From Polyangiaceae bacterium (GTDB taxonomy: Bacteria; Myxococcota_A; Polyangia; Polyangiales; Polyangiaceae), in assembly GCA_035063585.1 (NCBI GenBank), contig JAPSGB010000053.1:1-29913 (forward strand): DNA of 29,913 bases, read 5' to 3'. Each line of letters opens with the position of its first letter. Within the stretch, counting starts at the first letter, position 1. This document shows positions 17,720-25,367 of this stretch, piece by piece. A program made the translations under genes and the position numbers. Below the pieces are notes generated by a model. The model searched no databases. It had not been told where the DNA came from and was given only the letters and a program-made list of their open reading frames with translations.

Positions 17720-19489
17720 TCAGCGGCGAGCGCGTCGCCGGCGCGCGCCGAGCCCGAGCGCGAGGGCGAGCCCGAGGCCGACCACCGAGCCCGTACGTGA
17801 GCCTCGCCCCGGCGTCGCGCAACCGCAGCTCGACGTCTTCGCGCCGTCCGCGGCCGCGGAGCTGCTCGGCGCCGGCGCCGTCGAGCCGGCCGGCGCGGCG
17901 TCCGCCGAAGCGGGCGCCGCCGCCGCGAGCCCGAGCGAGGGGATCGGCACCAGCACCACCTTCGCGGGCACGATCTGCGTGCGGCTCTTACGCGACAGAT
18001 CCTCGGCCACCCAGATCTTGCGGAGCCCGCGGTAGGTGCGCGGCGGCTTGCCCCACCGATAGCGCGCCGGGCTCGCGCAATCCATCATCCCCGCCCACGG
18101 GTGCAGGTTGATGTAGCGCGTCTGCAGGCGATCGACCTGGGTCGAGACGACCTCGGTGTCGATCTCGCCGTTCTTGCCCTTCGGGATCCAGACGCCGCCC
18201 ATGACCGCGCCGCTCGCCGGCCCGACCCGGAGGTCCCCCCCGAGCGAATCCTTGCCGTAGTGGAGGTGCAGGCGTGAGACGACGTACCGATTGCGCGCGA
18301 TGAGCGCCTTGCGCCGCGCGAGCTCCTTGCGATCCGCGGCGCGCTGCTTCTTCTCGCGGGCGCGGTCGGCCGGCTTCAGCTCCTCGAGCTCCGCATCCTC
18401 CTGCTTCTGCTCTTGGCCGGTGAGCTCGGACGCCTTCGGATGACGCTCCTCCTCGGGCACCGCCTCTTCGAAGACATCGCCCCCGAAGGTCATGAGCTCG
18501 CCGATCCCGAGCGGCTCGTCGACGCACGGTTCACCGCAGCCGTCGCTCGGCCACGCATACTCGTTCAAGGCGGCGCGGGGCTGCTTGGCGAGGATGAGGT
18601 CGGTGAGCGCATTATAGAATTCGCCCACTCGCTCTTTCACCACGAAGTCGACCGCGATGTTGGTCGGAGGGAAGACGTTCGGGCGCTCCTTGGCCTCGTA
18701 GCGCCGATCTGCGAGGACATAGACGAAGAGATCCTGCGCCTTGTCGAGGTCGAGCAGACCGACCGCGGCGGGCACGGAGTCATAGGGCTTGTCGGTATGA
18801 AAGCGGATCGGCAGGAGCTCCGCGCGACTGCCGCCGACCAGCTCGATGCGGTTGGCGTCCACCGCGGCGACCAGTACCCGCATCCCGGCCTGGAGGTACG
18901 GCGCCATGGCCTGGTCCATCCCCTCGGGCGGGACCCAGCCGTGCTTCGTGAGCCAGCCTCGGAGGTTCTTCGAGTCGGCTTCGCCGAGGACCTCGACCCC
19001 GTATTCCTTCTCGCCCATGAACTCCGGCGTGACGGTGACCAGCATCTCCTTCGGGACCTTGCGCTCTCCCCCGGTCGAGCCGCCTCCGAGCATCCCGGCT
19101 CCGGTGACCTTGAGGTCACGCTCCCATTCCTGCTTGACCGGGTCGGGGTCGCACGGGTCGGTCTCCCAGAACTCGTGGAAACGAGGCGCGGTGAGGCGCT
19201 CCAGGCGATCGATCGCCCCGCGCTTCAGGATCTTCACGCGGTCCGGGGTGACGTCCTCCGGCACCGGCATCACGAACGCGAAGGGCTCGAGCGGTCCGTC
19301 GTAGTCGGTCGCCACGGTGACCACGCTGCGATCGCCCTTCTTGGCGATGACGACATGCGTCGCGTAGGCGGAGCGCTGCGCGGCGGACTTGCCGACGTAG
19401 AAGCCCGGAAAGGCCGAGGCGGGGGTGGCGAAGACCATCGCCGCGAGCAGCGCGGCGAGGGCCGTGAGGAGCGTCCGTTCGGTTGCCAT
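17720..19489 (-). CDS. DUF2330 family secreted protein with MYXO-CTERM sorting tail
   Basis: True start ATG 19489 (MATERT...PASA signal peptide); FPGFYV, FAFVMPVP, TAPRFHEFWETDPC, EYAW, YVVSRLH; tail SSCGCATPG, hydrophobic stretch, RRRRARR. Confidence 0.85.
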   Translation of the reverse strand: MATERTLLTALAALLAAMVFATPASAFPGFYVGKSAAQRSAYATHVVIAKKGDRSVVTVATDYDGPLEPFAFVMPVPEDVTPDRVKILKRGAIDRLERLTAPRFHEFWETDPCDPDPVKQEWERDLKVTGAGMLGGGSTGGERKVPKEMLVTVTPEFMGEKEYGVEVLGEADSKNLRGWLTKHGWVPPEGMDQAMAPYLQAGMRVLVAAVDANRIELVGGSRAELLPIRFHTDKPYDSVPAAVGLLDLDKAQDLFVYVLADRRYEAKERPNVFPPTNIAVDFVVKERVGEFYNALTDLILAKQPRAALNEYAWPSDGCGEPCVDEPLGIGELMTFGGDVFEEAVPEEERHPKASELTGQEQKQEDAELEELKPADRAREKKQRAADRKELARRKALIARNRYVVSRLHLHYGKDSLGGDLRVGPASGAVMGGVWIPKGKNGEIDTEVVSTQVDRLQTRYINLHPWAGMMDCASPARYRWGKPPRTYRGLRKIWVAEDLSRKSRTQIVPAKVVLVPIPSLGLAAAAPASADAAPAGSTAPAPSSSAAADGAKTSSCGCATPGRGSRTGSVVGLGLALALGLGARRRRARR

Positions 19490-19499
19490 GGGGGCCCCG

Positions 19500-19508
19500 A
19501 GGCTAGCA
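19500..19508 (-). promoter_or_regulatory. Putative extended -10 (TGcTAGCCT) for the DUF2330 gene
   Basis: TGnTAnnnT ending 10 nt before the ATG; no Shine-Dalgarno sequence. Confidence 0.4.
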
Positions 19509-19570
19509 AAAGGCGCTCCCGACGTCGCGGCGATTGCATCCGGTCGGAGCGCGCGGCAAGACTCCCGGCC

Positions 19571-20707
19571 ATGCAACTCGAGCCCTCGGAGAGCCAGCGG
19601 TTGGTGCAGCAGACGGCGCGAGACTACGCGTCGCGAGTGCTCGCCGAGCGAGCCGCCGACATCGATCGAACCGGGCGCTTTCCCACCGACAGCCTGAAGG
19701 GGCTCGCCGAGCTCGGGCTGCTCGGCGTCAACATCCGCAGCGAGTACGGCGGTGCCGAGGCGGGGGTGGTCGCCTACGCGCTCACCATGATGGAGGTCGC
19801 GCGGGTCTGCGCGTCGACCTCGGTGGCGATGGCGGTCACCAACATGGTCGCCGAGGTGATCCAGACGTTCGGCAACGACGCGCAGCGCGCTCACCACCTG
19901 CCACGCATCACCAGCGGCGAGTACGTGAGCGGCGCCTTCGCGCTGAGCGAGCCGGCGGTGGGCAGCGATCCGGGCGCCATGACCACCAGCGCGCGCCGGG
20001 ACGGCGACGGTTACGTGCTCGACGGGCAAAAGCAGTGGATCACGAACGGCGCGATGGCCGGCATCATCGTGGTCTGGGCGCGCACCGGCGGCCCCGGAGC
20101 GAAGGGGATCTCCTGCTTCCTCGTGGAGCAGGGCACGCCGGGGCTCAGCGCCGGACGGCCCGAGGACAAGATGGGCCTCCGCGGCTCGAACACGGTGCCG
20201 CTCACCTTCGAGGGCTGCCGGGTCCCTGCGAGCGCGCTCCTCGGCGAAGAGGGGATGGGCTTTCGCATCGCGATGATGGCGCTCGACGGCGGCCGCATCG
20301 GGATCGCCTCGCAGGCGACCGGGATCGGCACCGCCGCCCTCGAGGCCGCCACCGCGTACGCGAAGGAGCGCCACGCCTTCGGCCACCCGATCGCGGATTT
20401 TCAAGCCATCCAATGGATGCTCGCCGACAGCGCGACGGAGCTCGACGCGGCGCGCCTCTTGGCGCTCCGCGCCGCGACGCTCAAGGAGCGCGCGCAGCGC
20501 TTCTCGCGGGAGGCGTCCGTCGCCAAGCTGTTCGCGAGCGAAGCGGCGCTCCGGGTCTGCAACCGCGCGATGCAGGTGCACGGCGGCTACGGCTACACCC
20601 GTGAGTTCCCGGTGGAGCGGTTCCTCCGCGACGTGCGGGTGACGACCATCTACGAGGGAACCAGCGAGATCCAGCGCATGGTCATCGCGCGCGAGCTCTC
20701 GAGGTGA
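19571..20707 (+). CDS. Acyl-CoA dehydrogenase
   Basis: True start ATG 19571. FALSEPAVGSD, GQKQWITNG, KMGLRGS, LDGGRIGIA, QVHGGYGY, IYEGTSEIQR. Confidence 0.96.
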   Translation: MQLEPSESQRLVQQTARDYASRVLAERAADIDRTGRFPTDSLKGLAELGLLGVNIRSEYGGAEAGVVAYALTMMEVARVCASTSVAMAVTNMVAEVIQTFGNDAQRAHHLPRITSGEYVSGAFALSEPAVGSDPGAMTTSARRDGDGYVLDGQKQWITNGAMAGIIVVWARTGGPGAKGISCFLVEQGTPGLSAGRPEDKMGLRGSNTVPLTFEGCRVPASALLGEEGMGFRIAMMALDGGRIGIASQATGIGTAALEAATAYAKERHAFGHPIADFQAIQWMLADSATELDAARLLALRAATLKERAQRFSREASVAKLFASEAALRVCNRAMQVHGGYGYTREFPVERFLRDVRVTTIYEGTSEIQRMVIARELSR

Positions 20708-20708
20708 A

Positions 20709-21320
20709 GTGACCGGGAGAGTCGAGGTCGCCACCATCGAGCAGGCGCTCGCCCTGCGCCAGCCGATGCTGCTCGGGCGTCAGCCGGGCGAGCGAGCCGC
20801 AGCGGTCGCCGCCGTCGTGCGAGATCGCCCGAGCGGCGCCGAGGTCCTGCTCATCCGGCGCGCGGCGCGCGACGGAGATCCCTGGAGCGGACACATGGCG
20901 TTCCCGGGCGGACGCGCAGAACCTGCGGATCACGATCTGCAGGCGACCGCGCGACGCGAGACGCGCGAGGAGGTCGGGCTCGATCTCGGGCGATTCGCTC
21001 GCTCGATCGGCCGCCTCGATGACGTCCCGGCGATCGCGCGAGGACGGCGCGTCGGCCTCACCATCTCACCGTTCGTGTTCGCGCTCCTCGAGGAGCCTCC
21101 GCTCGTCCATAACGAAGAGGTCGAGGAGCTATTGTGGGCCCCCCTCGACCCGCTCCTCAGCGGCGCCGCGGCGACCAGCATCAAGTACGCCTTCGAGGGG
21201 CACGAGCTCACGCTGCCGGCCCTCGACGTGCGAGGTCGGGTGGTCTGGGGCCTCACCTACCGGATGCTGGAGTCGCTCTTCGAAGCGCTCCGCGCGAGCC
21301 CGGCGACTACTGCTGGTTGA
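20709..21320 (+). CDS. Nudix hydrolase, CoA pyrophosphatase type
   Basis: LLIRRA...WSGHMAFPGG precedes the Nudix box (ARRETREEVGL); VWGLT near the C-terminus; starts 1 nt after the acyl-CoA dehydrogenase stop. Confidence 0.9.
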   Translation: MTGRVEVATIEQALALRQPMLLGRQPGERAAAVAAVVRDRPSGAEVLLIRRAARDGDPWSGHMAFPGGRAEPADHDLQATARRETREEVGLDLGRFARSIGRLDDVPAIARGRRVGLTISPFVFALLEEPPLVHNEEVEELLWAPLDPLLSGAAATSIKYAFEGHELTLPALDVRGRVVWGLTYRMLESLFEALRASPATTAG

Positions 21321-22848
21321 CCTGCGCGTCGCAGGTGCCGGTCGCCTGGGAGAAGTCGCATGCGTCGCCGCCCTTCGCGGTGACGGTGAGGGTGTAGGAG
21401 GAACAACTGCCGACCGCGCCCGCCTTGCGGTGGACGCGGACCAGATAGCTCTGGTCGTGCGGGCCGCAGTGGCGGCTGGTCGACGGCCCGCAGCTCCCCT
21501 CGCCGATGGCGGCGCCGCCCGAGTCCGTCCCGGCGCCGTCGACGCACCAGTCGTACTCGGTGAGCTCGGAGTGCTTTGCGTCCGTCGACGCGCAGGTGCT
21601 GCCCCGAATGACGTCGAACACGAACTCGTCGTTGGACGGGGCCGGCGCCGTGAACCGGATCCGGATGTGGTAGTCGTTCTGCGCGCCGTTGTCGGCGTCC
21701 ACCGTCTCGAAGCGGTACCAGTCCTCGTCCGTGTCCGAGGACAGCCGCCCGGTCAGCGTGAGCGCGTTGGTGTTGGCGTCCGACACCGTGCCCGAGGGGG
21801 TCGCCGACGCGCAGGTGTCGTTCGAGGCCGGAGACTGATCGGCGGGCTCCACCTGGCACGCGCAGCCGGCCGAGGGCGGCAGGTTGGTCGGGTAGCGCGC
21901 CCAACCGACGTCGCAGGTGCCGACCGAGCACTGCCCGGCGCTCTTGTCACAGACCCACGAAGAGTGCGCCGGCTTCGGCCCCTCGCCCGCGCAGAGCGCG
22001 TCGTCGGTGCCGTTGTCCTTCACGCCGTCGCAGTCGTTGTCCGCGCCGTCGCACGTCTCGGCCTTCGGTGACGAGGCGGAGCACCCCTCCCACGCGCCCG
22101 TGCTGCCGTTGCACGTCTCCTTGCCTTCACAGGTGAAGGCGCCCGACGCCTGGAAGCAAGTGCGCGTCTGCCCGGCGTACTTGTCGGAGCAGGGGCAGGA
22201 GTCCCCGCTGTCGGGGACGCAGACGCGGTGCGGATCGGGCTGCGCGCCCGCCTCACCGACGCCGCCCTCCGGCGCGCCGCCCTCCGGCGCGCCGCCATCC
22301 GGCGTGCCGCCTGGGCCGTAGGCGGAGGGCGAGACGCACGAGAATCCGCTCGGGCAGATGCCGTCGAACGAGCAGTCCCGACCGCAGAAGCGATCGAAGA
22401 GCGGCGAGGTCACGCACTCGTCGCCGACGTTCTTGCAGTCCGCGCTGGCGGCGCACTGGCTGCACTGGCTCCCGGTGTCGGGGACGCAGACGTAACCCTT
22501 CTCCGGCTGCCACGCGCAGTAGCCGCCGTTCGCGCACGGCTTGCCTGCCTTGCAGGACTCGGTGCACACCTTGTTCGGCTTCGACTGGCCGATGTCCGTG
22601 CACTGCTTGGAGGTGCAGTCAGCGTCCAACTTGCACGGTGAGCCGAGCCCCGAGGTGGGCCAGCCGCCGCCCCCTCCCGTACCGCTCGCGCCGCCCGCGC
22701 CGGCCGCGCCGCCCGCGGCCTCCTCGCCGCCATCGATCGGCGTGTAGCCGGTGTCGACCCCGGCGTCCTCGGCGCAGGACACTGCCCAGGCCGACAGCAC
22801 GGTGCTCACGAACAGAAGTGCCAAACGACGGGTAAGCTTCACGCGCAT
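21307..22848 (-). CDS. Cys-rich myxobacterial lipoprotein with a metal-binding repeat and C-terminal PPC-like beta domain
   Basis: Lipobox AVSC, Gly-rich linker, CxxxxDC repeats, ETCDGADNDCDG motif, NDTC...DEDWYRF...SYTLTV. Confidence 0.8.
   Translation of the reverse strand: MRVKLTRRLALLFVSTVLSAWAVSCAEDAGVDTGYTPIDGGEEAAGGAAGAGGASGTGGGGGWPTSGLGSPCKLDADCTSKQCTDIGQSKPNKVCTESCKAGKPCANGGYCAWQPEKGYVCVPDTGSQCSQCAASADCKNVGDECVTSPLFDRFCGRDCSFDGICPSGFSCVSPSAYGPGGTPDGGAPEGGAPEGGVGEAGAQPDPHRVCVPDSGDSCPCSDKYAGQTRTCFQASGAFTCEGKETCNGSTGAWEGCSASSPKAETCDGADNDCDGVKDNGTDDALCAGEGPKPAHSSWVCDKSAGQCSVGTCDVGWARYPTNLPPSAGCACQVEPADQSPASNDTCASATPSGTVSDANTNALTLTGRLSSDTDEDWYRFETVDADNGAQNDYHIRIRFTAPAPSNDEFVFDVIRGSTCASTDAKHSELTEYDWCVDGAGTDSGGAAIGEGSCGPSTSRHCGPHDQSYLVRVHRKAGAVGSCSSYTLTVTAKGGDACDFSQATGTCDAQVNQQ
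22261..22311. repeat. 15-bp tandem repeat (about 3.4 copies) coding GGTPD/GGAPE linker
   Basis: GCCGCCCTCCGGCGC twice, then GCCGCCATCCGGCGT, then GCCGCC. Confidence 0.8.
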
Positions 22849-22862
22849 CAAGCCTCACGTTC

Positions 22863-22891
22863 ATCATATTCGTGGCTTGACGTCGCGTCAA
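22863..22891 (-). promoter_or_regulatory. Sigma70-type promoter with overlapping palindrome
   Basis: TTGACG (22891-22886), 17 nt, TATGAT (22868-22863). Palindrome TTGACG-N3-CGTCAA at 22877-22891. Confidence 0.75.
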
Positions 22892-22948
22892 ACCAGGTAA
22901 GGAGCGGTCTCACGCTCCGCTCCGCGCGCTCCGCCGCTCGGACCGCCG

Positions 22949-24700
22949 TCAGTCGAGGTGCGACGGCAGGAGCAGCCGGAACGCGCCCTGCTGATCCGCG
23001 CGGGTCTCGGCGATCTGCAGCACCGACGCGGCCGCCGCAGGATCGGCCGCATAGGCCTGCCCCTGGTCCATGTACACATACGCGCGGATCAGCGCGCCAG
23101 GGACCACCACTGCTTCCTGGCTGGTCGGGTCGGCGCGGCCGGCGACCGTGACGGACCCGCGGTAAACGACCGGGAGCGGCAGGGTGAGCCGCCCGAGATC
23201 GGCGATCCCCGTGCTGGCCTCGACGTTGGGGCGAACCAGCCACGCGAACCCGGTACCGTCCGCAGGCAGCACCGCGACGTCGTACACGCCGGGATCCGCG
23301 AAGAGCGTGAAGACGCCGTCGTCGCCCATCGTCTCGCTCGATGCGCGCGGCACGAACGGCGCCTCGCCGAGCGCGACGTCGAGCACGCCGGCGTTGAGCC
23401 GGGCCGGCGACGCGATGGCCTGGACGGTGGCGCCGCTCATCACGCTCCCGCCCGGGCTTGCCACCGACCCGGTGAGGCGAGCGCTCGGTCCGAGCTGGAT
23501 GAGCCGACCGGCTTGCTTGGCCGGCGACGAGGCGACGACCCAGGTGTCCTCCGAGGCGGCGAGCGGGGCCGGTCCGCTGCCGCGCGCCACCGGCTGCGCG
23601 CCGACCGGCACCGCGCGCACCCGATAGGTGCCCGCGAGCAGCTCGACGGCGAACCGACCGGCCGCGTCGGACTGGACCGTCCGCGCGAAGCCGGCGAGCG
23701 TGCCCGGCGTGATGCCATCGAGCTGGGTCGCGACGAAGCTCACGTCGGCGGAGACGGACTCGCTCGTGCGCCCCACCTCGACGCGCCCCTCGAGCCGCAC
23801 CGGGTCCGGGAAGGTCAGCCCGGTCACGGTCGCCTCCCCCTCGGTGAAGAGCTCGAGCGCCGAGCGATCCATCAGGAAAGTGGGCGCGACCAGCCCGCTC
23901 GGCGGGGTGAGGCGCAAGAGCTCGTGCCCGGCGTCCTTGTCGTCGCCGCCGACCACCGCGAGGAAATCCAAGTCCGCGGTGGTCGCGTCCTGCTTCCTGA
24001 CCACCGAGAGCGCTCGCCCGGTGAGCGGATCGACGAGAGCCACGCTCCAGTCGAGCAGCGACACTCGAGTAGGCGGCACCACCTCGAGATGAAGTCGCTT
24101 GGGCTCGGGCACCACGATCGGGAGCTCGACGTTGCCCGCTTCGATGACCTGAGCGCGCAAGACCACGGGGGTGGCCTCGCAGGGGGCGGCGGGCGCGAGC
24201 GGGAGCGGCTGGACGTAGATGTCGTATCGACCTGCGGGCATCCCGAGCGAGAACGGCTCACTCGCGTCGTTCTTCACGGAATAGCTGGTCGCCGAGAGGC
24301 CGAGCAGTCGTTCGCTCGGCGTGAAGGTCACCTTGAACGCGCACGAGGACACCATCGAGGTGGCTCCGCTCGGCAGCGTCACCGAGCCTCGCACCTCCGC
24401 CATCTGCTCGATGGAGAGGTCGAGCGCGCCGCCTCCGCGCGGCAGCCCCGTCATGCGCTCGAGGAAGTGGACCCCCGCGAAGCCCTCGCCGGAGGTCATG
24501 GGTGGCGTAATCTCGAAGAGCACGGTGGTGAGCTCTCCCGCCTGCGCGTGACACTGGCCGCCCACGCACGCGCCTCCGCCGCAGTCGGCGCTCGACTCGC
24601 ACACGTTCTCGGTCGGCGGCGCTTCGTCGGCCTCGAGCCCGACCATCGAGCAGCCGCTGCCGATGAGCGCCGCGAGAGCGAGCGACAGCGCGCGCCTCAC
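22949..24700 (-). CDS. Lipoprotein with Cys motif and several carboxypeptidase-regulatory-like beta-sandwich repeats
   Basis: Lipobox GSGC; CESSADCGGGACVGGQC; repeated G.F...L..G.Y.V...P units; GTGA overlap with the upstream gene. Confidence 0.8.
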   Translation of the reverse strand: MRRALSLALAALIGSGCSMVGLEADEAPPTENVCESSADCGGGACVGGQCHAQAGELTTVLFEITPPMTSGEGFAGVHFLERMTGLPRGGGALDLSIEQMAEVRGSVTLPSGATSMVSSCAFKVTFTPSERLLGLSATSYSVKNDASEPFSLGMPAGRYDIYVQPLPLAPAAPCEATPVVLRAQVIEAGNVELPIVVPEPKRLHLEVVPPTRVSLLDWSVALVDPLTGRALSVVRKQDATTADLDFLAVVGGDDKDAGHELLRLTPPSGLVAPTFLMDRSALELFTEGEATVTGLTFPDPVRLEGRVEVGRTSESVSADVSFVATQLDGITPGTLAGFARTVQSDAAGRFAVELLAGTYRVRAVPVGAQPVARGSGPAPLAASEDTWVVASSPAKQAGRLIQLGPSARLTGSVASPGGSVMSGATVQAIASPARLNAGVLDVALGEAPFVPRASSETMGDDGVFTLFADPGVYDVAVLPADGTGFAWLVRPNVEASTGIADLGRLTLPLPVVYRGSVTVAGRADPTSQEAVVVPGALIRAYVYMDQGQAYAADPAAAASVLQIAETRADQQGAFRLLLPSHLD

Positions 24701-25242
24701 GGCGTGCCTCGCGACGGATCCGGGCAGGACTCGAGGGTGTTCGTGCCGCTCGGGTGCTGCGAATCCACCTCATCGGACAAGTTCAACCACCAGGTCGCCA
24801 GCGCGATGTCGCTCGGGTCCGTGTAGTTCGGCGTGGCGAAGAAATCGAAGTGCTGGCTGTGGGTGACGAGCAGGGTCACGCGGTGACAGCCGGCCGGGAT
24901 GGGAGGGATGGTCCAGGTGAAGATGAATTTCCTGGACGTGTCGTCGAAGGTCGAGGGAGGGAGCTTCTTGCCGGCGGTCTGCAGCTGCGGCGTGGTGAGG
25001 CCGTCCAGGTACAGCGCCGCGGTGAGGCCGTCGCCCACGTCCTCCGAGCGCACCGGGAGGTTGAAGGCGATCTGATCGCCGGGCTGCTTGTCGCCGATGA
25101 TCTGGTTGATGGAGGGCTCCGCCTGGTTCAAATCGAGCACCGGCGGCGTCTGCCGCGGATCTTCGTAGTCGGGAGGGCCCGCCACGAGGCACGCGGGCAC
25201 GGCGAACGCCATCGCGAGCCAACCAAGCGAACCCCGTGCCAT
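24697..25242 (-). CDS. Hypothetical lipoprotein (about 181 aa)
   Basis: Start moved to ATG 25242: MARGSLGWLAMAFAVPAC-LV (lipobox-like VPAC), then a beta-rich domain with two further Cys (GCHRVTL, ESCP). Confidence 0.72.
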   Translation of the reverse strand: MARGSLGWLAMAFAVPACLVAGPPDYEDPRQTPPVLDLNQAEPSINQIIGDKQPGDQIAFNLPVRSEDVGDGLTAALYLDGLTTPQLQTAGKKLPPSTFDDTSRKFIFTWTIPPIPAGCHRVTLLVTHSQHFDFFATPNYTDPSDIALATWWLNLSDEVDSQHPSGTNTLESCPDPSRGTP

Positions 25243-25286
25243 CCTCGCAAATCCGCGAAACCCGGCCCAAATGGCCGCTCCCGAGT

Positions 25287-25324
25287 GTGACACACCTGTC
25301 ACGGTCGTCACGGTCGTCACGGCC
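25287..25324. promoter_or_regulatory. Palindrome plus 9-bp direct repeats upstream of the lipoprotein pair
   Basis: GTGACA-CACC-TGTCAC (25287-25302) runs into GTCACGGTC GTCACGGTC GTCACGGCC (25298-25324). Confidence 0.55.
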
Positions 25325-25367
25325 GACCGGTGGTCGAGCGCCGACCGCTCGCGATGCCTCGGGGAAG

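Noticed and set aside
18413..20707. 764-aa acyl-CoA dehydrogenase with long N-terminal extension
   Set aside because: The extension is antisense to the DUF2330 gene; homology starts at ATG 19571.
17720..20737. 1005-aa ORF suggesting a fusion protein
   Set aside because: The first 416 codons are mostly the antisense shadow of the acyl-CoA dehydrogenase; the real gene starts at 19489 with a signal peptide.
25286..25303. CRP/FNR-type site
   Set aside because: TGTGA and TCAC are 8 nt apart rather than 6; kept only as an unassigned palindrome.
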